Assembly: GCA_046300675.1 (NCBI GenBank)
Contig: JBKCLO010000181.1
Coordinates: forward strand, 8,915 to 72,914
DNA: 64,000 nucleotides
Source: Ignavibacteria bacterium
GTDB taxonomy: Bacteria > Bacteroidota > Ignavibacteria > Kapaibacteriales > Kapaibacteriaceae
Direction of reading: 5' to 3'
The notes under the pieces are model-generated. The model was given only the letters and a program-made list of their open reading frames with translations, searched no databases and was not told the DNA's origin. This document shows positions 1 through 10,000 of this stretch, in pieces (the stretch's first letter is position 1; each line of letters opens with the position of its first letter). Position numbers and translations under genes: made by a program.

Positions 1-461
1 CCCATTCCGAGTGAACCAAGCCCGGGACCATCATTGTCGCCAAAACTCGAGCCAACAGAGTTGTCGGCTGAGGCATCAGGCGCCTGTGAATTCCCCTTGC
101 CAGCTTGGGCAACAGCAACCACACGATTAGACTGAGAAACATCCTTGGTCGCATTAGCAGACTGTCCCGAGGAGCGCTGAGCATCTACGAGTGGATTTGT
201 TGCCTCGGCTCCACGCTGCGCCGCACCTTCAGCAGTAAGGTTGCCCTTGCGCGCGCCTGTACCGTCGCCGGATCCCAATCGCAAAAGAACAATTGGGGGA
301 GGCCTGTGCACAATGATCTCGTGACTCGTTCGCAGATCTGTGCATAGACTTAACAGCAGGATCATTGACACGATGATCAATGCACCGACGAATCCTCGAA
401 GCGTATTCGGATTCCATACAAACTGCAGACTGATCGTTGGCTGATCGGTGTAACGAGTCAT
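1..461 (-). CDS. Membrane-anchored protein, N-terminal part (TonB/TolA-like layout); the gene continues beyond the window start
   Basis: Absent from the ORF track because there is no stop in the window. Hand translation of the minus strand from the ATG at 461 gives MTRYTDQPTISLQFVWNPNTLRGFVGALIIVSMILLLSLCTDLRTSHEIIVHRPPPIVLLRLGSGDGTGARKG... and stays open to position 1. It has one TM helix followed by a Pro-rich then Gly/Ser/Ala/Asn-rich low-complexity region. The ATG overlaps the TGA of the upstream SPOR gene (ATGA at 458-461). Confidence 0.45.
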   Translation of the reverse strand, partial: MTRYTDQPTISLQFVWNPNTLRGFVGALIIVSMILLLSLCTDLRTSHEIIVHRPPPIVLLRLGSGDGTGARKGNLTAEGAAQRGAEATNPLVDAQRSSGQSANATKDVSQSNRVVAVAQAGKGNSQAPDASADNSVGSSFGDNDGPGLGSLGM

Positions 462-1249
462 CGCGTCCGGTTGACCCACGCATTGCGGAATCCCATACCC
501 AACGCTGATTGCTCGGCCTCCTGGCGACTTGCGAATCGACCAAAGCGCACCCGATACCACGTTTGGCCTTGCCGGTCTACGATCTCAATCCTGCTGTCGT
601 AGACATTCTTCGTGCGCAATCGATCGTTCCACTCATCGGCGTCATCGGCATTAGTTGACGCAAAGACTTGAACGCACCATTCCTGCAGCGCGTTTGCTGA
701 TGACCTTGTAGAAGGCTGTTGTGATTTTTCTGGCTTTGGCTTTACATCAACCTTATCAGCTAGCTCAGGCTGCCTCTTCGGTTCCTTAGCAACAGCGACG
801 TCATCAACAACAACAGAATCGGTTGCCGGCTTTTGAGCTTTCGTTTTGGGCGAAACCGACGCAACATCAGAGGTCTGTCGGCGCGCCGTATCGAGGCTTT
901 CATTTCGTTGCGCTGCACCAGACTGTGCTGCTGTGTCCGTCTTGTTCTCGACAGGATCAGGCTCGATAGATGGCTTCACAACCACCTGCTCGGCTGGATC
1001 TCCGGTGCCACTATCTGGCCCCTTAGCAACCCACGTTATCAGAAGGCCGACAACAGTTATGAAGAACAAGAGTAAAAACAGAACCGCACGCTTTGGAGCA
1101 TCGTTCCTTCGTGAGGGTGGTGTTGGAGGGGGCGGCACAGGCGCTTGATAACTCGACACAGGCTCGGCCTGCACTGGCTTGCGAGGTAGGAACCCATCGT
1201 TCAACGAGTCGAACCCATCGTCCGACCAGTTAGGATCATTGTTTGCCAT
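458..1249 (-). CDS. SPOR domain-containing membrane protein (septal peptidoglycan binding)
   Basis: 263-aa ORF. It has a Pro-rich N-terminus, one TM helix (AVLFLLLFFITVVGLLITWV) and a low-complexity linker. The C-terminal ~75 aa (WCVQVFASTNADDADEWNDRL...YRVRFGRFASRQEAEQ) fit the SPOR domain pattern. Confidence 0.8.
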   Translation of the reverse strand: MANNDPNWSDDGFDSLNDGFLPRKPVQAEPVSSYQAPVPPPPTPPSRRNDAPKRAVLFLLLFFITVVGLLITWVAKGPDSGTGDPAEQVVVKPSIEPDPVENKTDTAAQSGAAQRNESLDTARRQTSDVASVSPKTKAQKPATDSVVVDDVAVAKEPKRQPELADKVDVKPKPEKSQQPSTRSSANALQEWCVQVFASTNADDADEWNDRLRTKNVYDSRIEIVDRQGQTWYRVRFGRFASRQEAEQSALGMGFRNAWVNRTR

Positions 1250-1252
1250 TTC

Positions 1253-2857
1253 TTACAACCTCCATGAAACACCAGCCGACACAAAAATACCTCGTTCACG
1301 GTAGCCGTTCCAGAGGATAATCGTGCTGTTGACCAAATTATCTGCATTAACAACAACATCCATGCCACGTCCTACAGCGTACCGTATCTGCGCATGCAGA
1401 TTGAGATACGCATCAAGTTCAAGCGAATTGCTAACGTCGGCCCAGCGTCTACCTACATACTGCATGCCAATGTTCGTAGAAAGGTCTGCCGACCAGTACC
1501 GACGATACACTGCATCGAGTCGCAACGGCTCTACATACGGCGCTGCTTTATCGTCCGACATCACTGCCGACTGTGCTGCACAAACAAGTACGATTCGATC
1601 CCGAAGACTTGGTTGATACTGCATTTCGGCCTGCAACGTAACAGCCGTGATGTCTTTATACATCACGTCGAATCTGCCTGTCAGTGTATCAGTCCATACC
1701 GGAGAACGCGTACTCTGGCGGAAGCCAACGTTAACAGCCACTTGCATGCGCTGGGATGGATGGTACTTACCAGACAATCCAACGTTGACGATCTCGTATG
1801 GAACATCGACGAGGGTTGCCCCATTGACGTACGGGTTATCGTCAAGTAGTTTAGAGAATCCAGCGTTGCGAAGTCCACTATAGACTATACCGCCGTACGA
1901 AAACAACTCACTGATCTCATGATCAAACGATATGGCCGCCATTAGACCAATGCGGACTAACCCCGCGGTAGATGTGGCATATTGTCCGCCCAACGACGTA
2001 CCAACTCGTACTGCACTGTCACCAAAGGTGCGTCCGATCGAAGCTTGCATAAATGGATACGCCTGCTCGGCACGCGACTGCACATCTACTTGCATTGCGG
2101 CCTGATAACGCTTACCCAACTGTGCCGACGCTTCACCGTGGATACGCTGATCATTCAGAGCGTCTTCTGAAGCATCGGCAATGCTGTGGAGATTCCAATG
2201 TAGACTAGCTGTTACGGGCTGCTCCGCAACATGCGCCTCGGTCTGTATGCCTGCGAAGATTCGCGTCGTACTGCGTTCTGGCGCCTGTGGCAATGCAAAA
2301 AGGGTATAGTTACGATGATGCACTACAACGTCGGTCTCTGTTAGCCCCTTACCAAAGAGGTAGTACTTCTCCGGAGCAACATACGACGAGCCGATCGAGG
2401 CGCCGATGTCAAGCAGCTTGGCATTGGGTTGCCAATCATGTGTGTAGAGGCCGTTGGCTTGCAAATCAACGCGATACTCATCTGCTGTGAAGGTTGTTCC
2501 TGCCGCCAATGCTGGCGTAGTGTATGTGCCGAATGCGACGTCAACAAAGGAATTACGAACCGTTCTCTGACGTGAAAATCTTGGCAGCGACCTATTGGGT
2601 ACTGTTGGACTCGGGAACTTCTCTGTAGGATTGAGTGAGTCTAGATCGCTTGCTGCAAATCGTGCCGGCTTTTGCGGCGATTGCTTAACACCGGCTGCGA
2701 TATCGACCACAGCCTTGCCGGTTACTAGGAAATCCGGGAGCTCCAACGGAGCATTTGGTGCCGGTGGTTGTGGCGCGCCGGTCTGCGCTTGTCCAAGCAT
2801 CAGAGTAGCATTCGCAAGCAGGAAAGCCGCGCCAATGATGACCATCATGAATCTCAT
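1253..2857 (-). CDS. Outer-membrane beta-barrel protein (TonB-dependent-receptor-like barrel without an obvious plug), function unknown
   Basis: 534-aa ORF with a signal peptide (MRFMMVIIGAAFLLANATLMLGQAQ). It shows alternating amphipathic beta-strand patterns throughout and an aromatic-rich C-terminus (NGYRERGIFVSAGVSWRL). Its start overlaps the upstream TPR gene stop (ATGA at 2854-2857). Confidence 0.6.
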   Translation of the reverse strand: MRFMMVIIGAAFLLANATLMLGQAQTGAPQPPAPNAPLELPDFLVTGKAVVDIAAGVKQSPQKPARFAASDLDSLNPTEKFPSPTVPNRSLPRFSRQRTVRNSFVDVAFGTYTTPALAAGTTFTADEYRVDLQANGLYTHDWQPNAKLLDIGASIGSSYVAPEKYYLFGKGLTETDVVVHHRNYTLFALPQAPERSTTRIFAGIQTEAHVAEQPVTASLHWNLHSIADASEDALNDQRIHGEASAQLGKRYQAAMQVDVQSRAEQAYPFMQASIGRTFGDSAVRVGTSLGGQYATSTAGLVRIGLMAAISFDHEISELFSYGGIVYSGLRNAGFSKLLDDNPYVNGATLVDVPYEIVNVGLSGKYHPSQRMQVAVNVGFRQSTRSPVWTDTLTGRFDVMYKDITAVTLQAEMQYQPSLRDRIVLVCAAQSAVMSDDKAAPYVEPLRLDAVYRRYWSADLSTNIGMQYVGRRWADVSNSLELDAYLNLHAQIRYAVGRGMDVVVNADNLVNSTIILWNGYRERGIFVSAGVSWRL

Positions 2858-5800
2858 TTGCGACCTCCACGCAGACGTTTTACCCGAGCGGCTGCTGTCT
2901 TGCCGTAATCGTCATCAGGACGCAATTCGGCAACCGTCATGTATGCATCGAGGGCATCCTTCTTCTGCTGCAGCTGCTCGTAACATTCTCCCAGAGCCAG
3001 CATGCTCAGCGTATACCAGTCTTCTACGCCAGCATACTCCTCGCGAACACGAATAAATGACTCTGATGCTGTTGCGTAATTCTTCTCTCGGAAATACGTT
3101 GTGCCCAGATCATACAACACGTTTGCAACAACAGATGGCTGATCTGTCCGCTGCGCAAGCAGCTGCAGGTGATATCGGGCACTGTCCATCGTATGAGCCT
3201 TTCGGTACAGCTGCGCCAGCTTATAGCGGGCCTGCGCGCCGTTTACTGCTGTTGGATACCTATCGGCCGTGGACCTATAGAGCTCAATGGCAGAGGTCGT
3301 ATCGCCACGCATGCGAGCATGCTCGGCCATTTCGTAACCTGCTGTTGAGGCGGCCGCTGTATCGAAGGCATGTTTTACACGTATGATGGCATAGATACTG
3401 TCTGATGCTGATATGTTGGCATTTGATGCGTAGTAGTAAGCAAGATCGAGCCTGCTTGTTTGAACAAATGCACTAGCAGCATATGTACCTTCTAGCTCGC
3501 GAAATGATGCTACAGCCTGTGGCACATCACTCATTCCGAGATAGGTTTTGCCAAGAAGGTACAGTGCCTCGTCCTTACGCTGCGCAGACGGATACTTTTT
3601 GAGGTATGCAGAAAGCTCAGTGGCTGCCGTCGTGTAGTTTCTACCCGAATAGAATATCTGCGCCTTACTCCACGAAAAGTCTTCGGCGGCTATAGATTCA
3701 GGGTTTAAACCGATCAACGTATCAAGCACTGCAAGTGCTTCGTCAGTTCTTCCCTGTCCAACAAGGACTTCCTGCAAACTCTTGGCCGATTCCATTGCCA
3801 ATGGATGGCTCGGATACTGCGCCATCACTCGGCGATAGGTTTGAATCGAGGTCTCGTAGTTGCCAGTATTGAAATGTGCATCAGCAATCGTGTACAGCGC
3901 TTTTACTGCATGATCCGCATCAGGATACGCCTGAAGGAGTCTCTCGAACTCACGAATTGCTCCTGCATCATCCTGCTGCTGAAATGCTATCCAACCAATC
4001 AAATACAAAGCATCATCTGCAAGTCTGCTGTTTGGGTGACGTTGCACAAAGGCGCGCATGTACTGTCTGGCACGTTCGAAATCTCCATCCCGATAGGCCG
4101 CATTTCCAGCCTGGAAGCCTGCATACTGGGCCTCTTCCGAACCACCACCACGCTGGAACGCCTGCTCATACTGTGTTGCCGCTGCTCGAAACTGATGCGA
4201 TATGTACAGGCCGTCGGCTCTGCGCACCATGGCCTCAACAACATATCGTGATTGCGGGAACGCGGTGATCAACTCTTCGAATGCCTTTGACGACTTGGTA
4301 AAATCACGACGTCGAAAAAATGTCCAAGCCAGTCCATACATGGCCTCTTCGCGTCGTGGACTTGACGTAAAGCGCTTTACAATTTCTTCGTAGAGCTCTT
4401 GAGCATTCTTCAGGAGATTCTCACGATACATCGCTTCTGCAAGCCAGAACGTTGCTTCATCCCGCCGATGGTCCTTCGGGTGGTTACCGAGAAAGTCTGT
4501 CAATGCCGCGATTGCTCCCGACTCCTGATTTGTCTGCGCCAGACTGATGCCACGGTGCAGCCGAGCTACAGCAAGGTATTCGTCTCGTTGAAGAACCCGC
4601 AGCGGATCTGAAGACTCTGCAAGACGTTCGGCACGCTCGAAGACCACTGCAGCCTTAGCCCACTGCTGACGCTGCAGCAAACAGCTTCCCGACATAATCT
4701 GCGCACGCAGGATCACAGATGCATCCTGAGCCTCACGTTCTGCACGATCAAAACTCTTCTGCGCTCGCTCGTACTCCTCTCGCTCATACAATGCCTGCCC
4801 CACTTCGATCAGTGCATGGGGCTTGTATGGATATCCAGCCTGAACTGCAAGAGATCCGAACAATTGCTCTGCCTCGGTGCCTCGTGCCAGACGCAAGAGC
4901 GAGACGCCGCGATACAACAGGGCTTGGTGCCTGATCTCTGAATCCTCAGGAACATTCGATGATACAACTGCATCATACTGCGCAAGCGCAGAGTCTGGCC
5001 TGCCTGTATTGAGGAATCCAAAGCCCATGGCCAGTCGCACAAGTCCGTCGTTTTCAGACATCGGATATCGAGACAGATATACCCGCGCGCTGTCGAGTGA
5101 CTGGGCAAAGAGCCGCTGCATCGACAAGGCCTGCATTCGCACAATCGTTACGTATTGACGTACCAACTCGCAGCGCGCACTATCTCCGATCTGCATGAAA
5201 TGAACCAAGTCGAGATCGATCCCCTGCAGCTCATCGAGCGCACGCACAGGACTTCGCTTGCCGAGCATTATCACTGCTCTCCGTAGCTGCGATTCTGCGG
5301 AATACTCCGACCGTGGGAATCCGTCCATCACGGATTGATACGCCGTCAGGGCCGAGCTGTCAAGACCATTGAGTTCATGGGTCTGAGCAATGGCGAACAG
5401 CGCACGAGCCGCCATGATATCGGTAGACTTTAGCCGAGCACATGCAGTCCACTGCGTGCAGGCATCTTCAAAGCGACCAGCCTGGGCATAACATGCTCCC
5501 AGCCAGTAGTATGCCAACAACGCAAGATGCTGATAGGCTGTATCGGATCTGATACTGACATCTCTTGCCGCAATATCTGTGGCGACCTCAAGATGTGAGA
5601 TTGCAGAGCCTAGATCATTCTCCTCGAGACCAACAAAACCAGCCTCGATCGCAGCTGCCGAAGCATATGGTGACTGTGGGTGAAACTTGTAGACGGTTTC
5701 AAATGAACTGGTCGCACGATCTGAAAGCCCCCTTCCATGGAGGACGGCAGCCTTATCGAGCTGGTAACGCTCGAAGGCTGCGCTGCTGCGGTACGATAGC

Positions 5801-5955
5801 ATGATGCCTCGTAGAACTGAGCGCGAGCGCTGCAATACATGCTGGTTTACGTATTCGTTCGATGCGTACACCTTCAATAGCGGCGGCTCCGGCATAGACT
5901 GCCCCTGCACTTGCATAGCAAGTGCACACAAGGCTACCACAACTGATACAAACAT
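2854..5955 (-). CDS. Large tetratricopeptide-repeat protein (BamD/YbgF-type TPR units), secreted or lipoprotein
   Basis: The ORF track gives 2854..5967, but its first codon is TTG; the ATG at 5955 gives MFVSVVVALCALAMQVQGQ. There are many repeats of the type FPxSxY...A.Y.LG..Y (for example FPQSRYVVEAMVRRADGLY and HPNSRLADDALYLIGWIAF), typical of YbgF/BamD-like TPRs. Confidence 0.8.
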   Translation of the reverse strand: MFVSVVVALCALAMQVQGQSMPEPPLLKVYASNEYVNQHVLQRSRSVLRGIMLSYRSSAAFERYQLDKAAVLHGRGLSDRATSSFETVYKFHPQSPYASAAAIEAGFVGLEENDLGSAISHLEVATDIAARDVSIRSDTAYQHLALLAYYWLGACYAQAGRFEDACTQWTACARLKSTDIMAARALFAIAQTHELNGLDSSALTAYQSVMDGFPRSEYSAESQLRRAVIMLGKRSPVRALDELQGIDLDLVHFMQIGDSARCELVRQYVTIVRMQALSMQRLFAQSLDSARVYLSRYPMSENDGLVRLAMGFGFLNTGRPDSALAQYDAVVSSNVPEDSEIRHQALLYRGVSLLRLARGTEAEQLFGSLAVQAGYPYKPHALIEVGQALYEREEYERAQKSFDRAEREAQDASVILRAQIMSGSCLLQRQQWAKAAVVFERAERLAESSDPLRVLQRDEYLAVARLHRGISLAQTNQESGAIAALTDFLGNHPKDHRRDEATFWLAEAMYRENLLKNAQELYEEIVKRFTSSPRREEAMYGLAWTFFRRRDFTKSSKAFEELITAFPQSRYVVEAMVRRADGLYISHQFRAAATQYEQAFQRGGGSEEAQYAGFQAGNAAYRDGDFERARQYMRAFVQRHPNSRLADDALYLIGWIAFQQQDDAGAIREFERLLQAYPDADHAVKALYTIADAHFNTGNYETSIQTYRRVMAQYPSHPLAMESAKSLQEVLVGQGRTDEALAVLDTLIGLNPESIAAEDFSWSKAQIFYSGRNYTTAATELSAYLKKYPSAQRKDEALYLLGKTYLGMSDVPQAVASFRELEGTYAASAFVQTSRLDLAYYYASNANISASDSIYAIIRVKHAFDTAAASTAGYEMAEHARMRGDTTSAIELYRSTADRYPTAVNGAQARYKLAQLYRKAHTMDSARYHLQLLAQRTDQPSVVANVLYDLGTTYFREKNYATASESFIRVREEYAGVEDWYTLSMLALGECYEQLQQKKDALDAYMTVAELRPDDDYGKTAAARVKRLRGGRK

Positions 5956-5994
5956 CGCGGGTTGCAACGCTTTACCTACCTCTTAAATGCTTGA

Positions 5995-6002
5995 CAAATC
6001 TA
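5995..6002 (-). promoter_or_regulatory. Candidate Bacteroidota-type -7 promoter box (TAGATTTG) for the TPR/barrel/SPOR operon
   Basis: The reverse complement of 5995-6002 is TAGATTTG, which matches TAnnTTTG. It lies 27-39 nt upstream of the candidate start codons (5967 TTG or 5955 ATG). Confidence 0.4.
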
Positions 6003-6034
6003 CGAATTGGAGACGACCATATGCGCGATGGCCG

Positions 6035-6042
6035 TAGATTTG
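6035..6042 (+). promoter_or_regulatory. Candidate -7 promoter box (TAGATTTG) for trhO
   Basis: TAGATTTG matches TAnnTTTG and lies 36 nt upstream of the GTG start at 6079. It is part of an 11-bp perfect inverted repeat with the box at 5994-6004. Confidence 0.4.
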
Positions 6043-6078
6043 TATTCCGTTTTGTAGGACGTTACCAGGGATGTATCC

Positions 6079-6966
6079 GTGTATCATGTTCTTCTATACT
6101 ATCAATTCGTAGCCATCGAAGATCCGGAACAGTTTGCCGACCAGCATCGGATACTGTGTAACGAACTCGATCTGCGTGGCAGAATATTGGTTGCTCCGGA
6201 AGGGCTCAACGGCACAGTTTCGGGAACAATCGAAGCTTGCAATGCTTATCGTCGCACGGTAGCAGAAGACCCACGTTTTGCTGACATGGTTTTCAAGGTG
6301 GACGAAACATCGGACCATGCCTTCCGGAAAATGTTTGTGCGCGTCAAGAAGGAACTTGTGACGTTCCGCGCAGACCTTCCATCGAATCCTCTCGATGTTA
6401 CAGGCAAGCGGCTATCCCCCAGCCAATGGAAGCAGATGCTGGAGTCTAGGGATGTAATTGTCATCGATGGCAGGACCGACTACGAATTCGACATAGGTCA
6501 CTTCAGAGGAGCCATACGTCCCGACTGCGAATCATTTCGGGAATTCCCGGAATGGCTGCGAGACAATTTTGGAGACAAAAAAGACAAGACCTTCCTCACC
6601 TATTGCACAGGCGGAATCCGTTGTGAGAAGCTCACAGCATTCATGATTCATGAGGGATTCAACGATGTTTACCAACTGGACGGCGGCATCGTTAGCTATG
6701 GCAAGGACGAGCATACGAAGGGGGCTTTGTGGGACGGGCTTTGCTACGTGTTTGATGAACGCGTGACTGTTCCAATCAATCACACAGAAGATCGTAAGAT
6801 CACCGGCACATGCCATCACTGCGGAACTCCAACTGAGAGGTATGTGAATTGTCGCAACTATTGCTGCCGCCTGCAGCACCTGGCATGCGAACCCTGTGAG
6901 ACACTGTTTAACAGCGCATGTTCAATGCAGTGCATGGTTGCTCCTGAACGCCCAGTGTACGCTTAG
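6079..6966 (+). CDS. trhO: Rhodanese-domain tRNA uridine(34) hydroxylase, UPF0176/YceA family
   Basis: 295 aa with a GTG start. The N-terminus YHVLLYYQFVAIEDPE matches the family signature (compare YbfQ/YceA). There is a central rhodanese module with active-site CTGGIRCEK and a Cys-rich C-terminal tail. Confidence 0.85.
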   Translation: MYHVLLYYQFVAIEDPEQFADQHRILCNELDLRGRILVAPEGLNGTVSGTIEACNAYRRTVAEDPRFADMVFKVDETSDHAFRKMFVRVKKELVTFRADLPSNPLDVTGKRLSPSQWKQMLESRDVIVIDGRTDYEFDIGHFRGAIRPDCESFREFPEWLRDNFGDKKDKTFLTYCTGGIRCEKLTAFMIHEGFNDVYQLDGGIVSYGKDEHTKGALWDGLCYVFDERVTVPINHTEDRKITGTCHHCGTPTERYVNCRNYCCRLQHLACEPCETLFNSACSMQCMVAPERPVYA

Positions 6967-7009
6967 CATACAGCATACACAGGCATCAGATTCGGCTATC
7001 GTTCAACCT

Positions 7010-7056
7010 AAAAAGAAAAAGCCCGATACTCTTTGTGAGTATCGGGCTTTGTTTTT
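7010..7056. terminator. Bidirectional rho-independent terminator between convergent trhO and the giant T9SS gene
   Basis: A perfect 10-bp stem (GCCCGATACT at 7021-7030 pairing with AGTATCGGGC at 7038-7047) encloses a 7-nt loop. It is flanked by an A-run (7010-7020) and a T-run (7048-7056), so it reads as hairpin plus U-tract on both strands. Confidence 0.75.
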
Positions 7057-7072
7057 GCCTTGTACGTCGGAG

Positions 7073-10000
7073 TTACTTGCGGATGACCATCGAAGTGGTT
7101 AGACGCATTTCCCCTGCTACGATAACGACCGTGTATGTACCATTAGCAAGTGCTGATACCGGCAGTGCAACTGTCTGCGAGCCAGACTGAATTGCCACGT
7201 TGCTGATAACGTCGACGACCTGACCGAGATTGTTTACGATCTCGATGTTGGCCACAACACTCTCAGACAGCGACACATTCAATGTTGCTTCTGCACCTGC
7301 AGGCTGCGGTGTAACCGACGCGATTGAACCAGCCTGGCCACCAATCTCAACTTCTACAGAAGCTGTGCTGCCACGAGTACCATCGCGGTCAACAGTGGTA
7401 AGACGATACATGTAGCGTCCGGCTGGTACGTTGCCATCGCGGAAGTAGTAATCGCGGACCGATTGCGAAGATCCAGCTGCTGCCATCGAACCTACCGTGC
7501 TGAACGTGTGATCATCACCGGCCAGCACATCGCTGCGTTCGATCTCAAAGCGATCTGCGTTTGCTTCAGTAGCAGTAGTCCACGAAACGTCTACGCCGTT
7601 GCCGCGTGCCTTTGCATCGAACGATGCCAATTGCACAGGAACTGCGATGCCGCCATTTGTCTCGAAGAAGTCAACAATACCACGGATGATACGCTCTGTT
7701 CCGGCACGGACGCCGGTTGTCTGCCAGTGACGCCAGTCTACACCCAGGTACACTGAGTTGAAGTTCAATGATGCAGTTGCAGTACCCATGACTGAGTCAG
7801 TAGGAACGGTACGATCGCCCACAGGGTAAACATATGCACGCTGGACCACACCTGACGTTGTAGGATCGCTGTATGTGCGAACAAGCGCAGGGGCTGGTTC
7901 TGGGTCGTTTGTGACACCAGTGCGGGATACCGTTTCAACAGAGCCACGAGCAAGCGCCTCTCCACGCACACGCTTACCGCTGTAAGATGTGGCTGTTGGC
8001 GTGTTCGGTGTAGCACTTGACACGCGCAGAACACTCTGGATGAAGCTTTGATCATTGATCACGTTGAGACCAACGTGCTGACGCGGATAGTTTTGGCCGG
8101 CAATCGCAAGATTCTTCTTGTTGTTTGCCTTACCAGCAGCAACAAAGAATCGCAGGTCACGACGCTCATAACGTGAGAACGCATCGTCGCTTGAAGACCA
8201 CCATACTGTCTTATATGTCGTGTAATCGATTGCACGCTCTTCAAAGGCATCACGGTCGATTACGTCGAAGCTGATATTATCACCGATCGGGTCAACTACA
8301 TAGCCAACCTTCTCAATAGTTGCCATCAAGCTGTCGCCATTAAGACGCGATGCGATTTGGTTTGGCGTTGCTGCTGGATCCGTTACCGTAACAGCACCAC
8401 CACGCAGCGAAACAAGCATTCTCTTGTTCGAGCGTACCATGAAGAACCGCACGACCTTTGATGTTACGTTGTTGCTTGCGTTCTCATCTGATGCAACTGA
8501 GATCTCGATCATGTAACGAGGTGTCATGTTGTTGGCCATAGCAGACTTTGCCATCGGAACATTGTAGCCCAAGCCAGATAGCTGCTGATATGACTGTGGT
8601 TCCCATGCAGTTGCAAACAACACGTTGACTTCTTGCCCGCTGTTTACATTAGAGTTCACAGTACGGTCAATGATTGGCGATGAGCTGAACTGTGGTGTCG
8701 GTAGCATCGCATTGTTCGAAGCCGGAGTCTCGATATAGATGCGGCAGCGAATAGGAGAATTGGTCTGTGGCAGACCACCGTTATTGCGGATAAGACCAGT
8801 TACACTTACCGGTGCTTCAGTCATGATATACTCAGCATCGGCGTTAGCACCGGATGTTGAGCGATAAGCTGTAGGCTTCAGCACACTAACTGCTTCGAGG
8901 TCCTTCACGTATTGGCGACCGTCAAACTCGTCTGCACCAATATCGTACGGCTGTCCGGCAGCGCCACGAATCGATCCATCGATATCTGTTGGCACGTTCG
9001 CAAAGCGCTCTCCGCGGTTGTTCAGGAGTGAACCGATTGGTGTCGGATTCGTCTTTACACGCAGACGCTGGTTAGGAGCTACTCCTTCAAACACCATGTC
9101 TGCAGATATAGCGCCTACAACTGAGTTGTTGTCGCGACGTGTCCATGAACGCCACTGTGTAATCGTACGGAACTCATCGTCGCTACCTGCGCTAATGAGA
9201 TCTGAATTCGCATTGATCTCGATGAAGCGCACGTGCGCAGCCTTGTTTGCTTCAAAGGCATTACGGTCAGAAACCAATGCCAGTGGGTCGTTTCCGTCCG
9301 TCATCTGAACACCCTGGTGAAGAAGTGCTGTGTGTGTTACAGCACCGGCATCTGCAGCGCCCTGCATAACAATGGCGTTGTTCTTAACTACAGCGCCGTT
9401 GGCATGCTGAACACCAACACCAACAACGGCTCCTGTTCCAACCACGTTGTCGTTCTGCATCATGACCGTGTTATTGACGATCATGTCCTTGCGGGTGAAG
9501 TATCCGTTGTTGTTTTCTGATGGCGTAAGAAGCTTGGCAACACCAGTTGCTGTTACACTGCGCTGTGTGAGCATGTGGATACCTGCCATGTTTGCACCTG
9601 GCGCTGCACGGCGGATGCCCCATACAATGTTATTGGCAACAAGTGATGCTTCCGAATCCTTTGGATAGTACTCCGTGCCACCCACGCCGAGTGCAGGGTA
9701 GGCATTGCGCACCTGCTCGACCACAATACCACGTGCCCAGACGTCACCAACAATAGACGAGATCTCATTGCGGTCTACTGTCGTGTTGATGTTGTGATAA
9801 CGGTTCAAGCCACCTGCCGTGATACCCGCAGCCTCGACACCAGAACCGCCTGTTGTTTGCGTACCCACATTGTAGATACGATTGCCTGTTACCAGGGCCT
9901 TGTCTTCGTATCCAATAAAGATACCTGCAGCACGAACGCCATAGATCGTGTTGTTAACGATCTGGCTGTTCGTTGAGTAGTATGGACGGAACTCGTTAAC

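Noticed and set aside
105-543. ORFs at 105..347 (+) and 229..543 (-) at the window start
   Set aside because: Both overlap a longer minus-strand reading frame that is open from 461 to position 1. That frame has a TM helix and an ATGA junction with the SPOR gene, so it is the better candidate.
5991-5996. A TTGACA hexamer that could be a sigma-70 -35 element for trhO
   Set aside because: No acceptable TATAAT-like -10 lies at 16-19 nt spacing. The TAnnTTTG boxes explain the region better and recur window-wide.
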